A stretch of 63,070 nucleotides of DNA, filler included, from Catajapyx aquilonaris (lineage: Eukaryota), in the NCBI GenBank assembly GCA_000934665.2. It is 3 parts of 3 records of this genome, joined end to end, with 100 filler letters (N's around TTAATTAATTAA, not from the genome) between each part and the next. Parts side by side here need not be neighbours in the genome. Positions count along the whole stretch, not along the records: positions 1 to 20,898 come from JYFJ02006169.1; positions 20,999 to 41,915 come from JYFJ02006171.1; 1 more part is not named here. One strand, written 5' to 3'. The position numbers and the translations under genes are program-made. Within the stretch, counting starts at the first letter, position 1. Each line of letters begins with the position of its first letter. Positions 12,201 to 25,400 of the stretch are shown here, piece after piece. The notes beneath the pieces are model-generated. The model searched no databases. It was given only the letters and a program-made list of their open reading frames with translations, and was not told where the DNA came from.

Positions 12201-13608
12201 GATGCCACACACTCCATGAGTTGAGGGACCTCTCTTGTACAAGGGTTTGTCAAACTCTATTCTGACTGCTTCTCAGATCTTATAAGGTGTGGTCTCTGTT
12301 GCACCCTGGAACCACTTTGAGAAAAGGTGTTGGGGTCTCACGCAAGTGACAGTACCATATGGACCAGGGGCGCAACCAGAGAGGAATTTTGGGGGAGGAA
12401 CTATTCTGTATTAATGTTGCCCCCCCCCCCCCCACTCCACCCCATCGTTTTCAAAGCCACGCGTGCAAGCAGATTTTTTNGGGGGGGGGGTTCAAGGTCA
12501 CATGAGCTTAGGTGAATGTGAGAGGTGTGAGTTTAGTATGCAACAAGGCCGCGCGGCCGTTCGAAAAAATCGCGGTCCAAATGAAATCTGACGTATGCTG
12601 CATGACTATAATTATACTGCCTGATGCCCTTTTTGCAGATTGGTTGTTGTTGTCATTCACAAAGGAGACCATGTTTGACTTACGTCTTTTGAAAACTGTA
12701 TGCAGTGTACCTGAATTAACTGGAATCAAGTTGTTCTGGTATTTATGAGGCGCAGGTATTTGGGTAACATGTTTCCAGTCTCAAGCAATGGTGAAAGCCA
12801 CAAACTACCACCAACTCACAGTTACACTCTTCAGTACTCTCCAGTTGGGAGTCAAGTGGAAGGTTCTCTTCCAGGATAATTTTTTCCCTGACTGTCACAA
12901 CTTTTAGTGGAAGTTGTTTCCCGAAATGCAAGATGAAAAAGTGCAGCTCAGTTTTGTTCTTACCTATTCTGGTATTGCAGAAATTCACAATTTGTATTTT
13001 TTTTCATATTTAAAATCATCACAGGATATGCCAGGAACCGAAGACACCTTCTCTATTAATTATTACAGCAATGATAAATGATGGCTGATTTGTTGATTGG
13101 CAATAATATTGTTCATTAAAACTAGAAGTAATGAAATTAATGTCTAAAAGAGTGGTTCTCCATTGCAATACCCCATTTGAATGGACTTTATCCTGTGCAA
13201 CCAGTGTCGCAAAAAAATTTATCAAACTCAGTAAGTCCCCAAATGAGTGAGGGAATGAGTATCAACAGGCAGGTTTGAGTTGCCACAAGCCAAACGCATT
13301 TTCTTGCAATGATTTCACTTTACATGAGTTTGTTCCTTACATTTTTTTGTGAATGTCATTTTTTTTTTCCTTGTTGGAAATGTTTCATTAAGTCTGAATC
13401 TACATATGTCGGAGCTGTGTACAGTAAGTCGGGGACTGGATGAATCACATTTAGAAAAATGGCATAAAAATTATCTAAGGTTTGTGGTATCTCCTGTGGT
13501 AACTTTAAATATTTAAAAAAGCAGTTGAGAACTTCAGATGCAGATTTCTGCAATACCAGAATAGACAAGGCAAAACAAAGTTTTACTTTTTCATCTTACA
13601 TGGTAGGA

Positions 13609-13819
13609 GGGCAATTCCATGGCGCAGCCGTCCGTACGTAACGCAAGTGTTGCCTACGTGCACAAGAGTATTTTATTATAATAATGCCAGGATGCATGCA
13701 CTGCATGCTTAATCCATTTCATGTAATGTGTGGGTATTGTTACAATAAAATACGCTAGTACATGTCTGCAAAACCTGCGTTACGTACGGACAATATGGCC
13801 GCCTTTCGTGGAATTGCCC
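13609..13819. mobile_element. MITE with 4-bp TSD (Sola2-like)
   Basis: TIR GGGCAATTCCA/TGGAATTGCCC with extended imperfect internal symmetry. AGGA flanks both sides. Confidence 0.75.
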
Positions 13820-14005
13820 AGGAACAACTTCCAGCATATATTGTAGCTGTACAAGGAAGAAACAATCCTGGCAGTGATCGTTGACAATCCCACAGCTTAT
13901 CTAGAGATCTCGAGTGGTTAATATTCGGTTCAGTCTCCTGTGTGCATCACGTCTTTCACTGCATAATAGTGATATGCAACATACAATCATTAAATAAGGA
14001 GTAGA

Positions 14006-14198
14006 ATCTGGAGACATATACTCGACGCGGCTGTCTCGAGTTGACCTCGAGGATGCGTAACTGCGTGACGTCAAAATGACGTATGCTGGGTGTTGCCTGG
14101 AGGCCAATCAACATCCAGCATACGTCATTTTGACGTCACGCAGTTACGCATCCTTGAGTTCAACTCGAGACAGCCGCGTCGAGTATACGTCTCCTGAT
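14006..14198. repeat. Near-perfect foldback palindrome of about 190 bp (MITE-like)
   Basis: Arms of about 90 bp (GGAGAC.TATACTCGACGCGGCTGTCTCGAGTTGA...) are reverse complements with few mismatches. Confidence 0.9.
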
Positions 14199-15520
14199 GC
14201 TGAGAAATATCTCTAACATTTACAAGGTTTCTCTAATAAAAAGCATGCTCTGCCATACATCTGTTCACTAGATGTCATATCATCAGAAAGTATCCCAAAT
14301 GAAGAATTTGAGGACTTCATGTACAAGGTCTGTAAGCACCTGAGTCACCACATATTTTCCCACACATGCTTAGATTTATTTTTCTTGATCCTTGTATCTC
14401 CCTTCTCTTTTTCCCTACCATGAGCTCCACATCAATATTCCCTTCTTCCCCAACTGACACAAGAAGTAGCCCCAGACATAGAAGTGGTGTACTCCTACAT
14501 CCTTTCACAAAGTTGCTACAGAAATTGCCAAAGGGATGGCAACAACTACAACAGTGGGTAGTTATTTACATCTGAAGAAAGGCAGCATGCCAGGCTAGAA
14601 AACAACTGAGCACTCTGGCCTCTGATGGCAGATGCATGATTTTATTTGAGAACCAGGCACCTCTGTGCAACAATTAAATAATTCTTCCCCTATCAACATA
14701 TCCACAACTGTTTGTCATCATTAAACTGCAACAAATACAAAAAGATGAGAAACCTAGCTGGCAATTTTGCTCACCCTCGTCATGGTACGTGACATTTTAT
14801 TACAACATTTAATTTATGAATATTGGTGACTTTTCCTATGCTCCTTATAACTTCTGAGAAGCAATCCAGATTACTTTTGACCAACTGGCTTTCGATGAAC
14901 AAGGCTAGTGAGACTTGAGAGCTAGCAGATGTACTAATGCTATAGAGACCAAACTGTTTCAGAAAGTGACATTACATGACAAGTGGCGCAAAAAAAAAGC
15001 ACACCCATGTGTCACAAAGCATGGGCTACAATAAGTTACACAGGAACTACAGGCGAAAATAAAAGACCTAGGGAATCCGTAGCCCTTGCGTTCTTAAGGG
15101 TATGCCGATTCCAATATTAATTTTAAATGTTCTTTCAGTCCAGGTGTTCCCAAATGCCCAGTTTCACTATGACACACAAGGAACATGGAAGTCAATCAAA
15201 CAAGTGCTACAGATTCCAAGTCGGTCCCACTGAAATGTCACAGCCGCACATGAGAGTATCGACGCGTAAAAAATGACTCGGCCCAGATGCTTCTGGAACG
15301 TACTAGGTCGGCTCCATTATAAAAAGCTCCAGCTCCATGTTAGTGAAACACTCTTGAAAAAGACAGAGTGCTTGTGGGAAGAGATGGAATGCTCCCTGGG
15401 CCTTCACTGTGCACTCATTGGTGCTTGGTGCATCTGTGCATCCTCATGGGCAGGCATGACCTGAGATCAACTTGTTGGAAGCAGTGACTCAACCTACCCA
15501 CAAGGACTCATCTAATGCCT

Positions 15521-18500
15521 CTAGCATAAGCTACACCGCTTGGACATGCTATTATGAATTGCCGCCTGGCCCTTGGCCTGCCCATTTCCAATTGTATGCT
15601 GCCCATTGGCCTGCCCATTTGCCTGTGGTGGCTGTGCTAGCTGAGTCCGGATGCCATTGGCGGTGGGACCAGCCACCGCATCAACGCTCTTGGATGACCC
15701 CCGGTCACCCTGATTCTGGTTTATGTCAGTGCCTTTCTCCCACTCGCTGATGTGGCATTGGAACGCCTCACACAAAGGTTGGTCCTTCAGGGAGCCACAG
15801 GAATGGGCCTTGTAAAGCCGCAGGCTTGGCAGACTAAACCGCCCCTTTCGAATATCCAGGTACTTGGACAGCTTGTGCTTCTTACCATCCTTGGGGGTGT
15901 TTTTGGGTGGTTTGCCACTGGTGGTGGCATCGACCAGTTTTGTATCCAGCTTGATGGAATTAACATTTATGGTGATGCTTGCTGTGACGGTAGGACCCTC
16001 GGTGGGTAACCCTGCCTCATTTTCCTTCTCCTCTTCACCACCACTACAATCGCTCTGAGACACAATTCGTGAAAGCTGGCCCCGAACAAATGTCTTGGCA
16101 GCTGGAAGGGTGGATTTACTCTCATACAAGAGGTTGGCAACTGTAGTTTCCCCCTCCCTTGGTTCTAGATTATCAATCTCACTGATGCGGTTTAGGGACT
16201 GACTCTCCCGCAGCCGTGTCTCAGTGACTTTCTCTCTGCCAAATGGGCAGGCGCTATGCCTGCGTCCACCCACTCCTGTTGGCTTGTTATCCTCGTCTTG
16301 TCGACCAGAGTTATTCCGTGATGGCCACTCTCCTTGACTAAACCCGCCAGGTCCATGGCCGCTCCTATTGCCACCTCCATCACCTCCTCCACCACTACCT
16401 CCACCACCACCCCCTCCTCCATCTCCTCCGCCACCCCCACCTCCGCCCCCACCCCCTCCGCCACCACCACCAGGATCTTGCGAATCACTCGAATCATCAT
16501 GTGAGTCTCGCTTTGGTAAATTTTTCAGCTTGCCCTGACGCTTCTTACGTGAGTCTGTGTCATCATCACTTGCATCAGAACTGCTGCAGCTGGCAGTGCG
16601 GTGTTTGGCAAACTTCTGCCTCTGCTCATACCTGCGAAGCAGTGCAGGGGATGTCATTGCGTGCTGGTGGTGATGGTGGTGATGGTGGTGACGTCGGGTA
16701 GGAAAAGCAGTTGAAGGCCCTGTTCCAACTGCTGCAAATGTTTCTGACTCACCCTCACCCTCTTCAAAAATCTCATTTAGGGTCAGCTGGGGTGAACTGT
16801 GAACTACATGCAAACGGCGATTAGGCCCTGGCAAAGTCTTAAACTTTCCCGGAAGTGGCGAGGAAGGCGAAGATGGTGGAGGAGATGGGCTGGATGGCGA
16901 GGAGATCCTTGGAGAGAAGCTGGACGCTGACACAGGTGAGGAGGGGCTGAGAGGCGCACGATTCCCAACTGGACTGGTTGGCCCTCTTGCAGCCACCACA
17001 CCACTCTCTGGAGTAGACGGTGATGTGTGTGATGATGATCCTGATTTTGATCCCCTCCTCTGACTGCTCCTCAGTCCAATCTTGGATGTGGTTGGAAATG
17101 GGGCAGGTGGACGGAACTCGTCCTCAGCCTCCTGGCTGAGCTGTTCCTTGGAGCCCAGCTTCAGAAAGCCCTTATCCAGAGGCTTTAAGTCAAGGACCAT
17201 GTTCCCCTGCTGACTGCGTAAACCATACATGTGCCGGCATGGAGATGTGGTGGTAGTCAGCAATGGCAAGCCCAAGCGAGGCCTGTCTGGCAAGCACTCC
17301 TCGAGGTCCTCCTCCTCCTCCTTGACTATGCTGCACTTTCGAGGGCGAGGACTGTCCTTCTGAAAATTATTCACTTGTTACACCTCCATGGTGATATCCA
17401 ATCAACCACAAGCACAGTCAGCATGCAGCTCTGTTCAAGTACGTCACAAAAGCATGCAGTTCCAAGCAACACAACCACTGAAAAGCAACCTCCACCTTTC
17501 CATCCATAATGTGATAAGTTGGCACCACAATATCAACACACAGTGCTGCCATCAAATTGTAACCTTAAGCACGTAACCTTAGTGCACAAGTCACTCTAGT
17601 TGTAACCACCATCTAAGTGCACAAGGCAGGTGAAAAGAAGCAAGCCCATGGAATTCATACCTGGCATGGTATCAGCAGGTGTGTCTCGGACCCAAGCAAG
17701 GATTTCTCTGACAAGGGAACCATTGGATTGTCTATAAGTGCCGCAACAGTGTTCGTTGATGATGATTGTCCATCAAACGTGAAATCGTCCTTCCTCATAT
17801 CGGACCGTTGCTCTGGCATGCTGCATATATTGATGTATGTCAGGACAGCTATTAACTTCAAGAACCTTGTACAACTGGACAATTGATCTGCAACATTGCA
17901 TATTACAGTGCTGACCCAATAAAAGGTTTCAGTCTAGTTTTTTAAATATGGACGTTTTGAACTCCACAAAACTAACTCAGAATGTGCACAAATATGCAAT
18001 AAAATATTAGTTGACCATGAAAAATTGAAACTCAACTGTTCATAACTCATCCATCCCACATTATCAGAGCATCTAGGAGATTACCCACTTACCAAGGAGA
18101 CATTGGAGACAGGTCTGGTCGGAATTGACCCGCATTAATTAATTGCGCTTGCTGTTGTCGTTGCGCTCGCAACTTCCGTTCAGCCAGTAGGAAGTACGTT
18201 GCTGTGATGTGATTGTAATCGTTGCGGTCTAATGCACTGTTGATTTAAATTAATACATTGAAGATTTATTGGCATACAAGCAACACAAAGTTAATGCACT
18301 GACTTCATTACATACTGATTTTAAGAACATGACACCTTAAAAATTGACCTTCATCTACCCCTGCTACAAAAATTATGATAAAAATTCCTGCACATTCCAT
18401 CTAACTCTTGCAGGCCTTTTAAGTGAGTTGCAAATGGGCAATATTTCAACCCCTGTATCTCAGTTGATTGCCAATATTTTGCAATTTTAGATTTCATTTT

Positions 18501-20230
18501 TTCACCCATACTTTTATGGACCTCTTTCACAAAAAAACTTCATACCAGAAGCTAAATAGGTGTCCTAAAGGGGAGGCATGATGGTTACGCCACTGGCCAG
18601 CAAAGCGGGAGGCCGGGATTCAAATCCCGTCCCCATCACCTCTGCTTGGCCGGGTCTTTTCCCGCTTTTCACCTGACATGCCGGGGCAGAATTGCACTCC
18701 CTACTCTGCTCAGGGCCAGGAGAAAAGGCCTGGTGTTTAAAGATTGTCAGAAATGACTACCGCACAGCGCCCTCCCTTGGGAACCTGCCCTTCCCCCATA
18801 AAATGGCTCCACCCTATCACAGGGTAAATATTCAAATATTCAAATAGGTGTCCTAAATGTGTCTTATTTGTTAGCATATTTCAGCCACATTTAAAAATTA
18901 TTTCATCCACACATGTACCAAAAATTTGTTCAAATACAAAAACTGCACTATTTTTTTGAAATGGCTTCCAGGGTGCAATGTTAGGGGAAAATCACAAAAT
19001 AATTTCAGCAGGAAATTTTGGCCTTATTAAAAAGATTTGTCAGCATTATTATGATAAAGCCCAAGTTCCTACCAACACAATTTGATACTACAGGCACTTA
19101 CTTCAAGATCTCTTCTTTGGAAGCTATGGAACCATTCACCATCTTCTGGATGATGTGTGCATGGTCTTCCTCGCTTAGGTGCTCCCTGGACACCAATGGC
19201 AGGTAGTCAGCAGGCTGAATAAGAACACCTTCTGATAGCCACACATCATTAGCAAGTTCTTCTATAGTTGCACGTTTCTCAGGGTCACGAATGAGCATCC
19301 TTTCAATTAATCTGAAATGAATGGGATGTTACCTGTGGCACACACAAGGTCAAATGTGCTGGTGTAGTTACCTGCGGCATGCATTTGATACGTAAGGAGG
19401 AATGGAGTATTTACAGTCCATTATCATGGTCAATGTCTCACTGTCATTGGCCTCTTGAAAGGGTGCCCGTCCACAAACCAGCATGAACAGGATAACACCC
19501 AGTGACCAAACATCTGAAAAATAACGTGAAAGATGTAGCATTTGTAAGATATTCAAAATTGCTGGTGACTCACCAACAGCAGGAGCATCATAAGAGTCAC
19601 CCAGAAGAATCTCTGGGGCAGAATAAGCGAGGGATCCACAGGAAGTCTCTAACTTCTGTCCCGGACAGTAGCGATTGCTAAACCCAAAATCAGTCAGTTT
19701 CACCATGCCTAGTTTCTCAAAGAAAACAACATTTTCAGGTTTGAGATCACGATGCACCACGTGGAGCTTGTGACAGTAGGAGATGGCATTAACTATCTGA
19801 CGAAAGTATTTTCGGGCCATCTCTTCATCCAGCCCCTTTTCGTGCTTCATGATGTAATCATACAAGTCACCACCATCACCCAGTTCTAGGATCAGGTACA
19901 GCTTCGTCTGTGTGTCAATCACTTCATAGAGCCGCACCACATTTGGGTGCTGCACCAGTTTCATACAACGAACTTCTTGGACCAAATGCTCATCATCCAA
20001 CTTTGTCTTGTCAATCACCTAAAATCAATGCATCATTTCAGCAAGCCACTGTTACCTGGTATTTCTTGTGAAGCTAATAACAAACCTACCTTGACGGCCA
20101 CCTTCTCTCCTGTAAAGACATGTCGTGCCAGCTTGACAACGGCAAAGTGGCCTCGTCCCAGTGTCTCCTCCAAGTCATACAGACCAGCAATTTTCCCATC
20201 GTATGTAGTGGGTTTCAGCGATTTACTCAT
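15521..20230 (-). CDS. SNRK: SNF-related serine/threonine kinase (exons 20230-20090, 20018-19574, 19513-19372, 19311-19102, 18236-18093, 17820-17661, 17359-15521)
   Basis: [64 protein letters not shown] and the UBA segment [18 protein letters not shown] are all present. All introns are GT-AG and phase-compatible. Confidence 0.95.
18570..18841 (+). mobile_element. tRNA-derived SINE (family E) in an SNRK intron
   Basis: B-box-like GATTCAAATCCC. 16-bp TSD AAATAGGTGTCCTAAA at 18554-18569 and 18842-18857. Confidence 0.85.
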
Positions 20231-20898
20231 GCTTCGAGGTGCAGCTTGCACCCACTCCGTAATCACCTGGAGAGAAAAAGAAACATGGGTTAGCAAGACA
20301 TACTACATGATGTTTGCTTATTGAAGCCATTATTAGCTTTCAAACGACAAAATTCAAACTGAAAGCAGTGGCTGTAATACACAATAGCAGTGTATGAAAC
20401 ACAGAAGAATGCCACCCTGTTATAATCTCATACTATACAGTACTCCACCTTTATGCATAGTCGATATTATCTTATTACAGATATTAATATCATTTCCTCA
20501 TATGAAATAGAGCCGACTTTGGTGCACATCATTACATATACTCTTCGGTATTCAAGCACCTCCAGCAGCGTGACCTTGGACCGCTGACTGGACACATGGA
20601 TCGAAAGGGATTTCCGTATTCCCGACATGCTACAGCTCCCAAACTTTTCCATACCATGTCCCCGCGACAGAACCCAGGGAAAGGTGGGCGAAAATCCCAA
20701 ACTTTCCTCGCAAGTGCAAAGTGGTAGTAGTTTCAAAGGCCTACAGTATAACGCAAGTTTTACTGTACGCCCTGTAGCAATAAAAAAAAAACGACATTAC
20801 GTCATATCTAACTGAGCCGCCACTAACTGTAAGAACTGGAAGTCCGGAGTTGACGAAAACAAATCAGTTCCCGCTGATTGGACGACGAAATCTGAATG

Positions 20899-20998
20899 NN
20901 NNNNNNNNNNNNNNNNNNNNNNNNNNNNNNNNNNNNNNNNNNTTAATTAATTAANNNNNNNNNNNNNNNNNNNNNNNNNNNNNNNNNNNNNNNNNNNN
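20899..20998. other. Artificial contig linker
   Basis: 44 N + TTAATTAATTAA (stops in all six frames) + 44 N = 100 bp. Confidence 0.97.
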
Positions 20999-21135
20999 CC
21001 CCCCCCCCCCCGCCCCCAATTGAAAATTCTGCTTGCACCACTGTCTATCAAACGTAGTAAATAAGTCATCTTGCATCGAAATATTGTCCGTATTGGGCTC
21101 AAATGACTAAATATGGCATGTGCGCTTCCAACAAT

Positions 21136-21339
21136 GAGTACGTTTACATGGGACTAAAAATCGGCCAGGTTTCCTAAGCCTTAGGTAGACCACCTGATCC
21201 AAAAGGCTTGGGCCGCGCCCGACAACGGCTCAGATAAGGCCGGTCTATCGTAGGCCCAGCGGCTACATGGGAGTAAACCGGTTCGCCTAGCATAAGTGGC
21301 CGTAGCTAGGCCGATTTTTAGTCCCATGTAAATGCACTC
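21136..21339. mobile_element. PIF/Harbinger-like MITE
   Basis: TIR of about 30 bp (GAGT.C.TTTACATGGGACTAAAAATCGGCC) with a 3-bp AAT TSD. Confidence 0.8.
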
Positions 21340-22444
21340 AATGTAAACCTACCAAGTTTCACGATGATCGAATGAGATTCAGACTTATGACCATAAAAAC
21401 GGGGTCAGGGCACCACCATGCACCTTACGCATTAACTATGCAAAGGCCCCCAAAACTGATTGCACATCCATATATTAGTTTTACGAGTACAATCAGTCTA
21501 CCTGGCGATTGTCCACGAGTTTCCCTTCACCCTGTATTGGTCCAGGGGTGATTTTACCATCTGTCACTTATCTAAGCTTCCTATTCGCAACTTTTGCACA
21601 TCAAGATTGAGCCACGCACGTGCTCTGTTCAATGCATCAGGAAGTCTTAATTGTTTGTCTTAATATTGCTTGTCCTGCATAATTTTCGGGTGAGCTAATT
21701 ATCCATTTTTGTGGATAGTTTCATGAATCAATAGCATCCGAATATTTCGACCCCTGCGATTATTTACCTGTTGGGAGTAAGGTGTCCCGGCGCAGAGGGG
21801 CCCTTTTGGGCCCGTGACATCTAAAAAAATTTACAAACTTCGTTTGTTATGAAATTAATGCGCGTTTTCTATATTTTACCTAAAAAAATTATAAGTTCAT
21901 GACTGCTAAAGCAGTGCGGGGGCCCCATACGTTCAATTGTAAAAGGAGCAGCCCTGGCCCCTACTGCCCCCTGTTGGAGGGGCCCAGCGACCCGTACACA
22001 CCCGCTCTGTGTATCGATGCATAGGCCGACACTAGATTGGGCCCCTCCATACATATGCCCTTTTTTCTGCACAGCTCGCAAGAGACAGGGTAATCTCCCA
22101 AAGGTAAAATGATTGTAAGAGCGTGAGTTCTCCTTGAAAGGGCCACAAGCCCACAGGGAAACAACTTTTTATAAAAAGATTGGGCCTCGGCGGGGCCCCT
22201 AAATTTCGTTGGGCCCAGGGCACGTGCCCGTTCGGCCCCTTCGATAATACAGGCTGCCCATCACATGGGAGGCGTTACATGGATAATATGCAAAGGATGA
22301 AATGCACACCATGATACTTTCTCTTCCCCAAGACATAGGTGCACATCTTTTAGCATGGCAACTGTGCAGACGGTATGACTGGTTAAAGAATCCTACAATC
22401 CAGAGAATTCTATGATTTGACCTATCATCTATCACTATACTCAC

Positions 22445-25400
22445 CAGGTTTCTCGACATTTTTCACCTTCTCTTTGGCTGCAAGAGATGCCCTTCTCTTA
22501 GCTAAGAGCACGCTATGCGCATCAAGAAGCCTATAAAAAAATCATGCCATAACTCTGAGATAAGACGCATGAAGATGTGAAACTTACTCTTGGCGAGCTT
22601 CCGCGTTGGGGGCAATTATCAAGCCTGCAAAGTGGCCGTAGAATTCGCTATTGGATATCAAACTTGGTAGCCCCTCCACCTGCCTTTTTTTTTTGCACTG
22701 GTCAATAACTCTCTCATGGTAGTTGAAAGAGATGGGCAGCAGGCTTTTGGCTTCCACACACTCATATAACCACTCACTAGTAACCACCTTCTTCTCATAA
22801 GTCTTGGCAAATTCAACGTCTGCAGGTGCCAGGCTTGCACACCCCTAGAAATAAAGTCACATTAAAATAAAGCAATCTTGATCATGTCATTACGAGAGGC
22901 AAGGGGTCACGTCTTTGTCTTCCTACTAAGTAACAGCTAGTAGCAAGGTTGATCTTCCCTTAAGGTTGCTCATGGCTATCATGGTTGCTATCTGCTGTTA
23001 CAAAACTTACAAAAATCTTTCCATAGATTTCCACATAATAGCCTTTTTGTTATAGCCGAGGCTGTTATATCCAGATTCAACTGTAATAATCACAGAATAT
23101 AAACAATTTCTGTTTTATAACCAAAAAAACCTTAGCTTGGGGTTTTAGGGTTTATTTCATCTATGTAGTACTTTAGGACTTTCGATGACCTTTTCTCGAC
23201 CTTTCTTTAGCTTTTTGGACCACATAAACATTACCTTGACCTTTTTAGAGCATCTAAGGAAAGTTGGAGAGTATATTATGAGCATGATACTTGGCATGAT
23301 AATCCTTACTGTATATAAGGAGACCTCTCAAAATCCCACCAGTAATGATTATCATGCTCCTCTCCTTCTTCCAAGTCAACCACAGTAGCTACAGTACATG
23401 GGCGCATTTTCCAGGCAATCTCCTTGCAAGAAAGTGTCATGTGTTGCTGCATGTGTCTAAGAACAATTCAATATGCCTGGTCATCTACCTCGTTACTGGT
23501 TGATCCCTCTCCCTACAATCTTGACTTGTTTTGGGCCAACGAGTATGGATGATATCAGTGGCGGATTTAGGGGGGGGCACGGGGGCACGTGCCCCCCCCC
23601 CAAGAGCTCCCCCAGAGGGGAAAAAACGGGAAAAAACAAAAAAAAACGGGGGGGAAACGCGCAAAAACCCTCTAGAACAGTGCAAAATTGCACTGTTCTA
23701 TGGGTAATTATTTTCCGTTTTGCCCCAAATTTGGGCTCGAGAGTAAGGGTTGTGACCTTGAAGCGAAACAAATTTCGCCTGCGGCGGGCNCCCCACCCAT
23801 ACCCTTGTGCCCCCCCCAGAAAAAAATCCTGGATCCACCACTGGATGATATACTGTACTTGTAAGAAACACCTTGCATATGACTGTCCATTGTCCAATAT
23901 TCAATACATGTACAGTAGACTCTGGATATAACAGACTTCAAGGGAGCACGGAAATCAGTCTGCAATAACCAAGGCCTGCTATAGCCACCTATATATGGAA
24001 GTATGCCAGGACCAGCCTTTCAAGTCTGCTATAACCAAGAATCTGTTACAGCCGAGGCTGTTATATCCCAGAGTGAACTGCATGTGCATGTACAATGTTC
24101 TAAGTATGTATCAAGGTAGCTTTTAGTTATCACTAATATCACCCAAAGTACAAGCTACAAAAAAAAACAAAATTTCCTATAACTAAAGTGACCCACACAC
24201 TTGGTATAGGAATATATTTTCTTTTTTAAAGGGACACTCCACTCAAAATACAAGTTGTGTTCTAAAAATCGGGCAAGAAATCCTGATTCCGAGGGTATAA
24301 GCAATTTTTCTGAGAGACCAGAGAGTAAGGCCAGGGCAAGAGGTCAGATTCGTAAAATAATAGTCTCCCGCCAGCGAGTGGAGACGCCTGGCAGGCAAGC
24401 AATCCCCTCGTGGCGGCCAGAAGGCGAACCACACATAGGTAGCTATTTTCTAGCACTACTAGCAGCTACAAGTAACTGCTAATGACAAGTCTCTCGCCTA
24501 GGCCAGTGCATGCTACACCTAATTGTCTAACAACAAAATGACTAATGTTGTAGCCTGGCAGACACCAATAGTGCTTCATAAGGGAATTAGTCATTGAAAT
24601 AGAGCCATCTTCTGGACCCTAACACATATTAGCTGCTATTCTGAAACGCGTCGCGGTTATTCTAAGATGGCGCAGCCCAGTGATTCTGTTCCGGGCCGGA
24701 ATGTCATGGAAAAGACTGCGGCTCTTGGCTCTGCTGCTGCGATGGAGGGTGCCCAGGATGGACATGGCCAGGAGGGACCAGGCGGCCCCCAATCCACTGC
24801 TCATGGCCTACCCTATCAGTTGGAGACACTGCTGGTGCTGGTCCACTGCTGGAGCGGATGATCAACTGATGTCGCCGATGGTGAGTTCGTTGGGCGGCAC
24901 CCGTACATGCCGTACTTCGAACGATGATTATGACGAGGACAATGAGAGCAATGAGGATGATGAGGACAGAATGATGCGTCATGTTCTGTGGCCTGTCAGG
25001 CAGGCTCATTGTTATTTGGATATGCGGACTATAAACAGATGTTGGTATCCCATCTGGTTTCACTTTGCACTCCTCAACCACTCGCATGGGCCAAAGTCAC
25101 ACTTCCGTGCGAAGATGACATCACCACTAATCTTCTGTGTCGGTGGAAAGGTAGAGCACGGTCCGTTTCAAATCCGCGCCTACCGGTCTCTAGTTCTGCC
25201 CTCACCTACCCTCAGAGGGCGTCGCCACCTGCGCCGAGCTCATTTGAGCGCGGTTTTCGAATGACTAACTTCCAGCTTTCGCCCTGGCCTTACCGTTCGT
25301 CTCTCAGAAAAACAGCTTATACCCTCGGAGTCAGGATTTTTTGCCCGATTTTTAGAGCCCAACTTGTATTTTGAGTGGAGTGTCCCTTTAAGTGCAGGGA

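Noticed and set aside
9300..13500. Numerous ORFs of 60-80 aa
   Set aside because: I found no recognisable motifs or consistent splice chain; this is likely UTR, intergenic DNA and decayed TE fragments.
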